A stretch of DNA of 64,000 bases from Naegleria gruberi. Its lineage: Eukaryota. Shown one piece after another: positions 52,453 through 63,000 of the stretch (the first letter of the stretch is position 1; every line of letters starts with the position of its first letter). The stretch lies in NCBI GenBank assembly GCA_000004985.1, contig GG738884.1; one strand, given 5' to 3'. The position numbers were made by a program, and so were the translations under genes. Below the pieces are notes generated by a model. The model saw only the letters and a program-made list of their open reading frames with translations, did no database searches and had not been told where the DNA came from.

Positions 52453-52526
52453 GCAGCGATAGATCAGTTGGTTAGATCGTAAGCCTAACACGCTTAAGGT
52501 CGCGGGTTCAAGCCCCGCTCGCTGTA
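52453..52526 (+). tRNA. tRNA-Val(AAC): tRNA-Val (anticodon AAC).
   Basis: GCAGCGATAGATCAGTTGGTTAGATCGTAAGCCTAACACGCTTAAGGTCGCGGGTTCAAGCCCCGCTCGCTGT A. D-arm GATC/GATC. Anticodon stem TAAGC/GCTTA, loop CUAACAC. T-arm GCGGG-TTCAAGC-CCCGC. G1-U72 wobble pair. Confidence 0.8.
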
Positions 52527-52566
52527 AACTTTATATTTTAATATATTGGTTTTTGCTTTACAAAAA

Positions 52567-54144
52567 ATGCACTATGATGCCAATCTCCCTCTCATATGCA
52601 GTGATGGAATCTACCTCACCATCTTTTCACAATCAATCCACAACACGAATCCACTCCGATTTATTAGAAATAATTTTCCAATTTCTTCCAAATTTCTTTC
52701 TCTTGAGTCCTCCGATCATTGCCATGTGGAGAACATTTTCAAATTTAATGGAAATGATGAGAATATTGTTGATCAATTAATTCAACAATTAGTATTAAAT
52801 CGATTCTTGAAATTAAAAGTTTTGGGTGGAATGACAACTTTTGAATTATTATCAGAGATTGTGAGTGCTAATAAGAATGGAAAATATTTTGGATTTTATG
52901 GAACGAATCCACAAATAATTGTTGAAAAATTGGGATTAACTTATCATGTAAATGAATGGGCATGTCTATTCGAAAGGTTGTGGAGTTATTGTTCCTGTGG
53001 AGAGAAATATCCAGAAAATCCTCAAAAATTACAATTGGATTTGAAACAATTATTGATGGTGAATGAGTTGGTGTCTCGTTTCAGTCCAATACTTTGTAAT
53101 AGATTGATGAATGGAGGAGGATTCGAATCATTAGTTTTGAATTCTCCACTCGAGTTTAGTTTATTATATTTTGAAGATTTTGATTGTAAATTTTACAAAC
53201 AATCACTTTTGTACAATTATTTTATGCCAGATGATAAATGGAATGTGGATTTTTCAGAAACAGTTGTTAGAGTGAGAGGAGAATTGGTCAAGAGAAACAA
53301 TAGAATTGAATTTCATCCTTATTTGAATTGGTTTAGTCAACCAACTGAATCTAAACAAGTTAGAATGAAAGGATGTGAAAATTATTTAAAAATTATGAAA
53401 GAAAAAGGAAATCTTGGTGAACACAGTGAAGATTTTCTCCAAAGATATTGGTTTAAAGCATGTGTCAGAGAAAGTGAACTATTCTATTCCTATGCAAAGA
53501 ATGAGAGTGGTTTGTATGGAAGAGTTCTTAATCTAATCAATTCAAAGAATGGAGAAATGGCAAGAGCAGATGGAAATATCAATGAATACTTGGCTGTGAA
53601 ATTTCCAAAATTGTTTCGACATCAGCGATTTGGACCAACTGAAATTGCTAAATGCAACATTAGTTTGAAACCCAGGACTAATTATATCAGAGCTCTCATT
53701 ATTCCACAAAATATTTCTGAATTGGTTTTTGCAATTGGAGGAAGAGCACTTGTTTCCACAATTTTATATTATAATGATTGGTTTTTCACTTGGAAATATT
53801 CGATTCAATTTTTTAAAACCAATAACTTTTCATTTTGGGGAAAGGTTTCGTTCATCATGTTGGATTTATTGACAGTGGTAGGATATCCATTTAAGGCAAT
53901 GTATAGTCTTTATCATGGTTTTTGGTTTCACCACCATGTTACTCTATTCGAAACGTTTTTATACCTTTGCTTGGCTGTTTCCTACATGGATCTATTCAAA
54001 TATATGTATTCGTTTAGATTTACTAAAAAGATATGGGAAGGTTCTTTCATTCAAAATAATGAGCAAATCAAGTTACTCAACTGGAATGAAACAACACGTC
54101 ATTATCCTAACTTTTACAAAAAACCGCCTTTGAAATTACAGTAA
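52567..54144 (+). CDS. Hypothetical protein with C-terminal transmembrane segments.
   Basis: The ORF 52546 starts at a TTG 20 nt after the tRNA-Val; the first ATG is at 52567 (MHYDANLPL...). The C-terminus has two or three hydrophobic helices. No family. Confidence 0.35.
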   Translation: MHYDANLPLICSDGIYLTIFSQSIHNTNPLRFIRNNFPISSKFLSLESSDHCHVENIFKFNGNDENIVDQLIQQLVLNRFLKLKVLGGMTTFELLSEIVSANKNGKYFGFYGTNPQIIVEKLGLTYHVNEWACLFERLWSYCSCGEKYPENPQKLQLDLKQLLMVNELVSRFSPILCNRLMNGGGFESLVLNSPLEFSLLYFEDFDCKFYKQSLLYNYFMPDDKWNVDFSETVVRVRGELVKRNNRIEFHPYLNWFSQPTESKQVRMKGCENYLKIMKEKGNLGEHSEDFLQRYWFKACVRESELFYSYAKNESGLYGRVLNLINSKNGEMARADGNINEYLAVKFPKLFRHQRFGPTEIAKCNISLKPRTNYIRALIIPQNISELVFAIGGRALVSTILYYNDWFFTWKYSIQFFKTNNFSFWGKVSFIMLDLLTVVGYPFKAMYSLYHGFWFHHHVTLFETFLYLCLAVSYMDLFKYMYSFRFTKKIWEGSFIQNNEQIKLLNWNETTRHYPNFYKKPPLKLQ

Positions 54145-54213
54145 ATCTACAGTTAACTAACTTGGTTTTTATAGTTGAAAGATAACGTTTATTATCCATT
54201 CGAAAATGATTCA

Positions 54214-55647
54214 TTATTTTGCCTTTCTAATTCTCTGATCGTATAATTCACTCTCAACGAATCTCAAAAACGAATCCTTAATTGCATCTCCTTCCATGCT
54301 AACTTTCACATCATCGAACAATTCAGGAATTGCTCCTTCCTTTTCAAAGGTTGACAAGACTCTCTTTTTCATGGCTGACGAAATGTTAATTTCCAACATG
54401 GAATCCGAATTCAAATATGTATCAATTATATATTGAGCAAGTTGTCTTCTCTTTTTCAGAGTTTTTAATTTCTGATAGGCAGTTGCATGTTCCCAAAACA
54501 GTAAACTTTCAATGGCATAAATTTTGGCAGCAAATAGTTTGAAAACTTTTCGATATTGTGGATTGATTAATGATTCTTCGAGTGAAATGGTACACGAGAG
54601 GTCAATTTGAGCTGATGTACAACTAAATGATCGTTTGTCTTTCATTTTCATTACTTCTTTTGGGAGAGAAGCAAGTTTTCGAGCCATTGGATAATTCTGC
54701 AAAAGTTTTTTCATATTTTTTCTTTCCACAAGGTTGACCTGTGAGGTTTCTACAAATTCTGGAACAATTTCTTCCTTATCAATTGATTCTTCATCATTTG
54801 TTGAAGAATCGTCTGATATACTCAATAAATCGAATAGATTATCACTTCCTTTTCCTTCGACATCAAGTAATAATTCGAGAAAATCTGGAATTTTCGAAGC
54901 TGAATGAGTTACAAATTGATTAACTATTCTGCCATGTGCCACAATGAAAGAACCAGCCAATTGATCTCTATCTGCCTTCTTTGAGGCATCAGGTGTCAAT
55001 TTATAACCTTCTGTCAATGACAATTTAAAAGCATCCAAAGTTGACGTGAAAGTTACCATCTTTGTGGCTGAAGGCACAACTCCAAATTGCTTATAATAAT
55101 AAGTACCTTCTGGATCTTCGACTCTTAGAAATTGTTTCATCAGTTTACTCCTTGCACTCTTTTCAAAAGTTACTGACACTGTCTCACTTGTCAAAGCTTG
55201 ATTATTGACAGTTATTTCTTTATCTTCCTTCTTTTCCAACTTGATCAATGGCTTAGGCATTCCCTTCTCTGAAAAGAATTCATCAGCTTCTTCCTTACTT
55301 TCTTGATGAACAAAAACGGGCACACAATTCAACTTGATTAAATTTGACAAACAGCTGACAATCTGAACAACACTTTTTTGACAGAAAACACAACCAAAAT
55401 AGCGAAGGAATATGAGAAGGACAATATGCTTTCTACTCAGCTCTTCAACTGTTACTCCAATATTAGTTTTCATTTCGGATAGAAGGTGGTGAGGTAATCC
55501 TTCAATACCAGTTAATTGTATTTGTGATTGAATATCATCGGGATGATAATCTGTTGCGTTATTATCGTTAGGTTCTATGATGATTGCATTGTCATCATTT
55601 TGGGATGTTTCTTTTTGGTTTAGGTTAGTTTCTTCTTGTCCTAACAT
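54214..55647 (-). CDS. PRXL2/FAM213-type thioredoxin-fold (CxxC) domain fused to a C-terminal RGS domain. It is a paralog of the gene at 12523..14122 and has no intron.
   Basis: ATG at 55647. ...IVLLIFLRYFGCVFCQKSVVQIVSCLSNLIKLNCVPVFVHQESKEEADEFF ... GSFIVAHGRIVNQFVTHSASKIPDF parallels the other copy (ILLIFRRFVSFGGCAFCNRRMVELMEFYRSLTQLNIVPIVVYPETEERGEDFF ... GKSFYIRPAMFLIRRGKVIHSW). The C-terminal RGS motifs are YRKVFKLFAAKIYAIESLLFWEHATAYQKLK ... IKDSFLRFVESELY. Confidence 0.6.
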   Translation of the reverse strand: MLGQEETNLNQKETSQNDDNAIIIEPNDNNATDYHPDDIQSQIQLTGIEGLPHHLLSEMKTNIGVTVEELSRKHIVLLIFLRYFGCVFCQKSVVQIVSCLSNLIKLNCVPVFVHQESKEEADEFFSEKGMPKPLIKLEKKEDKEITVNNQALTSETVSVTFEKSARSKLMKQFLRVEDPEGTYYYKQFGVVPSATKMVTFTSTLDAFKLSLTEGYKLTPDASKKADRDQLAGSFIVAHGRIVNQFVTHSASKIPDFLELLLDVEGKGSDNLFDLLSISDDSSTNDEESIDKEEIVPEFVETSQVNLVERKNMKKLLQNYPMARKLASLPKEVMKMKDKRSFSCTSAQIDLSCTISLEESLINPQYRKVFKLFAAKIYAIESLLFWEHATAYQKLKTLKKRRQLAQYIIDTYLNSDSMLEINISSAMKKRVLSTFEKEGAIPELFDDVKVSMEGDAIKDSFLRFVESELYDQRIRKAK

Positions 55648-55937
55648 GTTTCCTTCCAGTACAGTTGTGGGATATTATTATTTTGAGGGCTTGTATGGCT
55701 AAAATCTGGTTAGCTGCTTGACCGGTAAAGATGTTAGATAATTTTTTTGAACGTTTTTTTGCATGAAGTTACATGATTTTTCCACCTTCCCAAAATAAAC
55801 GAAATGAGATGTTTCTTTGATTTTTTGATTTCGAGAATCCTAAAGTTCGTTGTGGTGATCATCAAGTAGTACAATTGAGTATGATCTAATTCAATTAAAA
55901 TGTTAATAAGGAAATTGATAATAATAGTTATTTACAT

Positions 55938-57509
55938 TTATTTACATTTTGGAAATTGATCCATTGCATTTTGAATTAAAACATTGATGGCTTGAACTTT
56001 CTTTGCTGATTTCTTCTTGGTAAGGTAAGAAGCTTTGATTTGTTTCAGATATTGGACACGATCTTCTAGAGCTCCCTTAAGTCTTTGTCTTTTGAGTTGA
56101 GCATGGGAGTGAACATTTCTATCTTCTACGATTCGTAAAGTGACTTCTTCAGAGATGGAGAATAAATTTCCCAATGTTTTGACTCGAGAATTTTCATCAT
56201 CGACCATTCTTTCTTCGAGAGCTAGGATCATTCGGACACAATCAGTGAAGGTCTTGTTCATACTGGCATAGAGAGAATCAATGAATATCTTGTGTCTTTC
56301 TAAACAGAGAATGCTCTCGTAGGATTCTAATCTTCCAAGACACATGACAATCTGCTTGCACAATTCAATTTCATCCATGTCGAGCAGTGTGAAGAAGGTG
56401 TTGGTAAAATCAATCTCTCTTGATAGCATTGCATCAGCAATTGAGTGAATCAATTCAGTATTCACTTCAGAGCTCAATGCCTTATCTTTCTTTGAAGTGT
56501 GAATCTTGACCACATTCTTCAATCCTTGATGATCCATAATCAGAGCAATATTGGAAATCAAACTTCTCAATAAATCCTCATCTTCACTAATGAAAGGAAT
56601 GACATGCTTGAAATTGATACGTTTCTCCTTCAAAACTTCAATCAGGGTTGCTTCATTCATTATCATTGGAGGCTCGCTAACTATAACTTGCACCAGTTCA
56701 GTTTCCATTACTTGATCACTCTCCTTCACTGCCTCAAATATTGTTGTCACTGAAGTATTATTCGGACTCAAAGGCTTGGCAATGACTGTCTTGACTACCA
56801 CTTGTGAAGGACTTGCCGATTGAACTTTCTGCTTTTTTCTTGCAGGTGAGAATGAATCCGAAACATTAGGCTTTCTAAAATTCACCACCACAGTTTTAAC
56901 ATTCTTATCAACAATAATCTTTGGAATCTCTTCAATTAATTGAATAAATTCTCCAACATTATAATAAAAGCTTCCAACAACGAGAGTTTGCTTCTCTCCA
57001 GGAACTGAAAATTCATACACTTTCTTTCCGAATACATGATACAATTCAATTCTTTCATCATTTTCCCAACAATGACTGTAAATAGGCTTACACCAATAAT
57101 CCAATTCATTTCTATTCACCCAACTACACTTAACATCATCGCCACGTTCAACATGAAACTCAATCATATTCTCTGATCGGTCCTTTCTGCAGGTTCCTCT
57201 GTACAAATAATGAAGATCGGATCGTTTTAAATAAACTCTTGCTCCCAAATTAATTTCATTAAAATCTCTCGTGTACATCATCTTGTAGATGGTCAGCAAT
57301 TGATTTCTTAATTTCATTGGAGGATCAATTCTAATAGGAGTTGACCACAATCTTCTACAAATTGAATCGCCAGAAGAAAGTGAATTCACCAAGTAGGTGG
57401 TATAGGTATTGTCGCAAAGAACATCCATGATGAATTGTTTTTCTTCAGTGAGGCTTCTTGCAAGAGAGAGGAATTGATTGTTAGGAAGAGTTTGATGTTG
57501 TTGAGACAT
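55938..57509 (-). CDS. Hypothetical protein of 523 aa.
   Basis: ATG at 57509. No family recognised. Confidence 0.35.
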   Translation of the reverse strand: MSQQHQTLPNNQFLSLARSLTEEKQFIMDVLCDNTYTTYLVNSLSSGDSICRRLWSTPIRIDPPMKLRNQLLTIYKMMYTRDFNEINLGARVYLKRSDLHYLYRGTCRKDRSENMIEFHVERGDDVKCSWVNRNELDYWCKPIYSHCWENDERIELYHVFGKKVYEFSVPGEKQTLVVGSFYYNVGEFIQLIEEIPKIIVDKNVKTVVVNFRKPNVSDSFSPARKKQKVQSASPSQVVVKTVIAKPLSPNNTSVTTIFEAVKESDQVMETELVQVIVSEPPMIMNEATLIEVLKEKRINFKHVIPFISEDEDLLRSLISNIALIMDHQGLKNVVKIHTSKKDKALSSEVNTELIHSIADAMLSREIDFTNTFFTLLDMDEIELCKQIVMCLGRLESYESILCLERHKIFIDSLYASMNKTFTDCVRMILALEERMVDDENSRVKTLGNLFSISEEVTLRIVEDRNVHSHAQLKRQRLKGALEDRVQYLKQIKASYLTKKKSAKKVQAINVLIQNAMDQFPKCK

Positions 57510-57888
57510 TTTTTTTTGAAATTATTTGGAGGCTTGTTCTTGTTTTTGCTCGCAGTTTTTATAGCTTTGAAAAACAAAATATTTTGTGGATATTTTTAAG
57601 GTTGTGCGAACACAATAAAATGAATTTTGTGAAGAAGCAATTAAAATTGTTTTTTTCAAAGTTGTTGTGGTGGAAATTAATGAAATGGTTGGGAAACGTG
57701 TGAGTGTTGTTTTTGGTAAGAACGTGCTTGGGAATTCATTTACAATACTAATATTTGAAAATGTCACGTTGCTTGAGAACAAGTGTTCACACGTTTACTT
57801 AACCACCTTCCAAGTTTATATTAAATCATATTTACAATACCATTGAAGGTAGTAAATTGGTCTGGGTTGGTTTCAAAACAATAAAAAA

Positions 57889-57965
57889 TTGATGAACGGA
57901 TTGTTACCAAGCTCGGAGTGATGGGTGTTACCGAAGTGACAATCAAAATTCCAACCAAATTAAGC
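57889..57965 (+). repeat. Degenerate duplicate, about 88% identical, of the first 75 nt of the coding sequence of the gene at 58930. It is a gene-fragment pseudocopy.
   Basis: attgatgaacggattgttaccaagctcggagtgatgggtgttaccgaagtgacaatcaaaattccaaccaaatt aligns with atgattgaacagattgttaagaagcacggagtgatgggtgttacagaagtgactatcaaaattccaaccaaatt at 58930..59003. Similarity ends there, and the fragment has an in-frame stop shortly after. Confidence 0.45.
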
Positions 57966-58929
57966 CATAAAAGGAATTGATATTAATCGAAAATCATCAA
58001 GAATGAACGTACTCTTTTCATCATGTTTCTTAATGTTGTCATGTTGCTTAGTTGCACAGTTTCCAACTCTGAAAAAGCAGGATAAAGTGGTGTTCAATTC
58101 GTTGAGTTTATTTCCTGGTCTGTTCAGTTACCTGTTGAGAGTTACCCTCATTCTCTAACTGTTTCTTCGATAATGATCTCTTGATTGATGTAATGTTAAT
58201 AGTATTAATTGGAAGATTTCACATCTCAAAATTGTAGCCGGAAAGATTTTTGTTCCAAATTCTTTACTGGAATTTCCAGACTTCTTTTTCAAGGTAGTAA
58301 AACTCCAGCTATTTTGATATGAGCTGATGAAATACCTTCTATCTCAATTAATTTGACAGATATTGAAATAATAAATTGTACAGAGAGAGAATATATTACT
58401 GGTAATCTATCTTCTTCTAATGAATGTTTCTCATCCCTTATTCATTGAATATAATAGTAAAGTATCACAAATATTAAAAGTAATATATCCAATAGTGAAA
58501 ATTACAGTAAAAGATAATTATCTGGTAGAGAATGGATGAATGACATGCTATTCGTGATGTTTCAGTGAGAAGTCAATATCCACATCATGATAAAAACAAT
58601 AAAAACATGAAAATATCAGATATCCATGATTTTCACAAATTATGCTACAGGGCGCAGGAGTTACCTTACTGTATTTGAAGAATTCTAGTGTATTTTCAGA
58701 GCTGTACAGACAGGCAGAAGAATGTGACGAATCTATCAATTACCAGAAATCGATGAAAAGTTTAGTTTGGAGTAACGCAGAATTTGGCCAAATGGTCATG
58801 AAAATGGTAGATTTAAATCCAAAAACAGGCCTTCAGCTCACTATTTAGAGAATTATTTCCCAATCCTAATTGATAATATGGAGTAGATAAATCTCAATCT
58901 TGGGATTTGTTACAAAAAACTTAAAAAAA

Positions 58930-59622
58930 ATGATTGAACAGATTGTTAAGAAGCACGGAGTGATGGGTGTTACAGAAGTGACTATCAAAATTCCAACCAA
59001 ATTTACATTTACTCCTTTTGAATATTGTACCTCTATCTATCGATTACTTTCTCGAATCGTGAATTTTCAGAATAATTTGATCAAGAATTTGATGAATAAT
59101 TCATTTCATGATATTGATATCATCACGGAAGGGAATAATTCAGCAAGTAATTCCTTCAAATTGCTACAAATTTATCCAACCAACAGGAATAGTAGGGAAT
59201 CTATTAATTTATTGACCTTTTATATATCTACGGAATGTTTGAAGAAATCTTTGGATGGGAAATATTCGGAAAGTCTTTGTTATTATTCTCCTCTTCAGAA
59301 ATTTAATATTGATTTTACAAATTATCAAAATCTTACTCGGGAGACTTTATTTAAAATTATAATGACATGTGAATCAATTAATGAAATATCTGAATGGGAT
59401 ATGGACAAGAAATTGGTAGATATCAGTTCAGAGCATCCAGAGACAATAATCAATTCAGTATTTCCTTTACTATTTGGATTTGAAAAGGGGAAGAGTGATT
59501 ATTTTACACCTATGGAAAGTGTGATTGATAATTGTATTCGTAATTTTCTTAAATCTGCTAGTAAGGGATTTTTTGAAAAGGTTAGGATTAAGAAGGTAGC
59601 AGAAGCAGCAATTAAATTGTAA
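58930..59622 (+). CDS. Hypothetical protein.
   Basis: The ORF 58900 starts at a TTG; the first ATG is at 58930 (MIEQIVKKHGVMGVTEVTIKIPTKF...). No family. Confidence 0.35.
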   Translation: MIEQIVKKHGVMGVTEVTIKIPTKFTFTPFEYCTSIYRLLSRIVNFQNNLIKNLMNNSFHDIDIITEGNNSASNSFKLLQIYPTNRNSRESINLLTFYISTECLKKSLDGKYSESLCYYSPLQKFNIDFTNYQNLTRETLFKIIMTCESINEISEWDMDKKLVDISSEHPETIINSVFPLLFGFEKGKSDYFTPMESVIDNCIRNFLKSASKGFFEKVRIKKVAEAAIKL

Positions 59623-59909
59623 TATAAAATTAAATAATATTAAATATTTAAAAATTACAAAAAATATTTTCAAAAAAATGTCATCAATCACACCAGCGGG
59701 AGGTGTTAAAAATCAACAACAACAACCCCAACTTAACCTTCTTCCATCTTCGCTCAACAATAGTATCATGATGGATTTGGATGATGATGAATTAACCAGT
59801 ACATCAACACTCAACACTTCAACTTCCTATCACAATAATCATCGAACAATTTCTCATCAATTCCTTGCCTCTTCTTCCTCTCTTCATAATCGATTCGGTT
59901 CCACATCAT

Positions 59910-59946
59910 CTAATAATAATAATAATTAATTAATAATAATAATAAT
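59910..59946. repeat. (TAA/AAT)n microsatellite: two (TAA)5 blocks separated by TAAT.
   Basis: taataataataataat taat taataataataataat. It sits exactly where reading frames switch between the 59678 ORF and the long downstream ORF. Confidence 0.7.
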
Positions 59947-60003
59947 GGAAAATATCAAGCAGCCGATTCCGATGATGAACATGAAGAAGATTTGCAGAGT
60001 TTC

Positions 60004-63000
60004 ATGTTGGAGAGTAGTACTGAACCGAATATGATCATCGGATCGGCACGAGTTGAAGCAGATGATGATGATCACCATCAAGAACCCTATAAACAATACT
60101 TGTCATCAATTTTAGATGAAATTTCGGATGAATCATCCAATGATGATGAAAGTGGTGTCGATGAACAAAATCAACAAAAGAGAAATGGAGCAGCAGCATT
60201 GGTGAACAAACAAGCAACAAGTAAGAAACGAAAAATTACTGTAAAAACAATATTGAGAGATGATGGACCAACACAAATGGTTACTACAGGTGCTAGTGGC
60301 CATAAACAACAAGAAGATAATGATGACAATTACTACTCGGATGAATTTATGGAAGAGGAGAATGAAGCAATTTTCATGTCAAATCCGTATGCTTCATTGA
60401 TGCCCTCCTCATCCAACAGCACACCAACAACAACATTGGAAAACAATGAAAAACAAAGGAAACCAAATTCGAATACTGCAAACACTGGTGGACAACAATC
60501 ACTCTACTTTTCACCGTCGAATATTTTGTTGGATATGAAATTAGAAGATTCTGAACGATTTGAAATTCTAAAGCAAGCCAGTGTTTTGGAACAGACTAAA
60601 TATCAATTGCAGAAATTGTTCATTCCCTATGATCCATCGAATAAGAGAGCTTCATTGAATAATCAACAACTTTCGAATAATCATCATGTAACTCATCATC
60701 ACCATCATCATGGAAGAAAACATCAAGATTTGGTAACAGTTCTCACAGTACCATCCGAAGAGGAATATGAAAAGAAAAAGATACTCCTGAGAACTCTTCG
60801 TGTTAAGCACACTGACAAGGTCATTGACTCAATTTTAAATTCACCACATTCTTCAGCAGTTTCTTCTTCTTCTTCTGATAATGAGGAAGAGGACTACAGA
60901 GGTAATGAAATTGCAAATATTGTAAAACATGCCAGAAACAACAAGTTTGACTCTGATGATGACAATTTATCCACTTCAACAACTTCTGAAATGGGATCGG
61001 ACTATATTCACAATCTCATCAATAATGGTGATATAGAAGATGATGATTCATTGGCATCAGATGATTATGATCCAGAGGCACTTCAACAAGGATCAATCAG
61101 TCGTCAAAATTCCTCACAACAATTAGTCAAAAATACTGAGGAAGCTAGAGCTCTGATAACAGCCATGAGAAAGAAGAATATCAAGGATTTGAAGGAATTC
61201 AATTCTATTGATAATTGGAAAGATTATTATGGAGGGGTAGTGGCTCACAACCTGTCCATGATTAAGCTCGACATGATCAAATCAATTAATGAATATTTGG
61301 AGTTGCATCGTCAAGAAATTGGTATTTGTAAAGTAATCAAAGTTTCCTCTACCATTTTGGCTATTGGTACATCTAATGGAACAACAGTTATATTTTCCAA
61401 TAGCAGCAGTAAGGTAGCTCACTTGAAATTGACCAAACAAGGAAAGGGAACACCAACAAAGAATCCACAACCAATTGTAAATCAATATAACAGTGTAACT
61501 TGTATGGATATTACATCGACAGGAAATTACGTTGTTTGTGGCTATGAATACGGTGATATAGCCTTTTGGAGTATTCAAAATGGTGGTGAGTTAATCAAGA
61601 GAATTAATGGTAAAGGAGAGGAAAATGTAAATAGTAATAGTTCAGAGTTCATGACACCAGTAGATAATATTCAATTTGTAAAAAATAATCCTTTCAAGGT
61701 ACTTGTTTCTAGTCAAGGAGCTGTCAAGTTGATAACACTCAAGGAAAAGTTAATCAAATTGGGAGGAAATTCATACGTGTATGATAGTTTACGAGTCACT
61801 GATGACAATTTTGATAGAGTAGTCGATGTGAAAATTCTTGCAGAAGGAGAAGCTTATCACGCTAGTAATGATTACCTTGTTGTTGCTATGGCAACAAGTA
61901 TGGGAGTTTTTGTAATGGCTCTTGAACCATTCGTAAAGATTCTTTGCTTTTTATCTAAACCTGAGGAAGTTTCTCCAACCACACTTCCCTATCTGTCTTG
62001 GAGAAAAGTTTTGGCTCCAATTCAGCTGGCAACCTCCCACGAAACTACACTCAACCAAATTTTAAGACTCAATAAGACTAAACCACCTCTGTTAGCTATT
62101 GCTTGGGGTAATATTTTGAATATTTTCCAATTGGAGGTGGAACCTCAACCAAAAGGATCAGTTCCAAACGACAGTGTAAATAGTGAAATGTTCAGAGTTT
62201 CATGTATGGAATTTAAGAATGATTTGATTGGAGCATTATGGTGTGGAGAGCAAGTCATGCTTTTATTGGACAGAGAGCATCAACTGCTTGTTGTTGATCC
62301 ATTCGCAACAAAGAATGTCGAAGAGAGAAAGATTACATTCGAAATACCAACAAAAGCTACACAGGAGAAGGTAATTTCAACTCACCACCTAACCTATCAC
62401 TCCAGATTCGATGTAAAGAGTAATGATGGAAAATTTACTCTCCATCCTGTTCCATCTTTTCATTCTACTCTTTGTACTAGAGCTTCATCTGTTGATGGAG
62501 TTGCCTATTTATTGTGTGATAACGATATGAATATTAATAATCAAGTTGTTATCACTGTAAAAGTGTTGAGTTGGAAGGAAAGAATTGATCAGCTATTGGA
62601 TATGGGATCTTGGAATCATGCACTCAAGATGGCTCTCAATTTCTATCAAGGAAGAGGTATTGCTGTTATTGGTCTGCCAACCGATTCCAGTCTCAGAAAA
62701 CAATTGGCTGGTGATGTTATTGGAGATATTTTACAGGGCTATGTAGATTATTATACTTCTCAAGTTAACACTCCAGGAGATCAAGATGAAATGTCTGATA
62801 ATGGAATTGATGAGTATTATACAGAACTTGCCAAGACATGTATTAGGTATTCGATAGAGATTGAAAAATCTGACAAGATTTTCACAACCTTCTATGAAAT
62901 ATTTAAAGGGAAAAACAAGGAACGACTTTTCATTTCAATTATTCAAGAGTATATCATCAAAGGTTTATTAATATCGAGCGAGTCTGAAATTGTTATTGTT

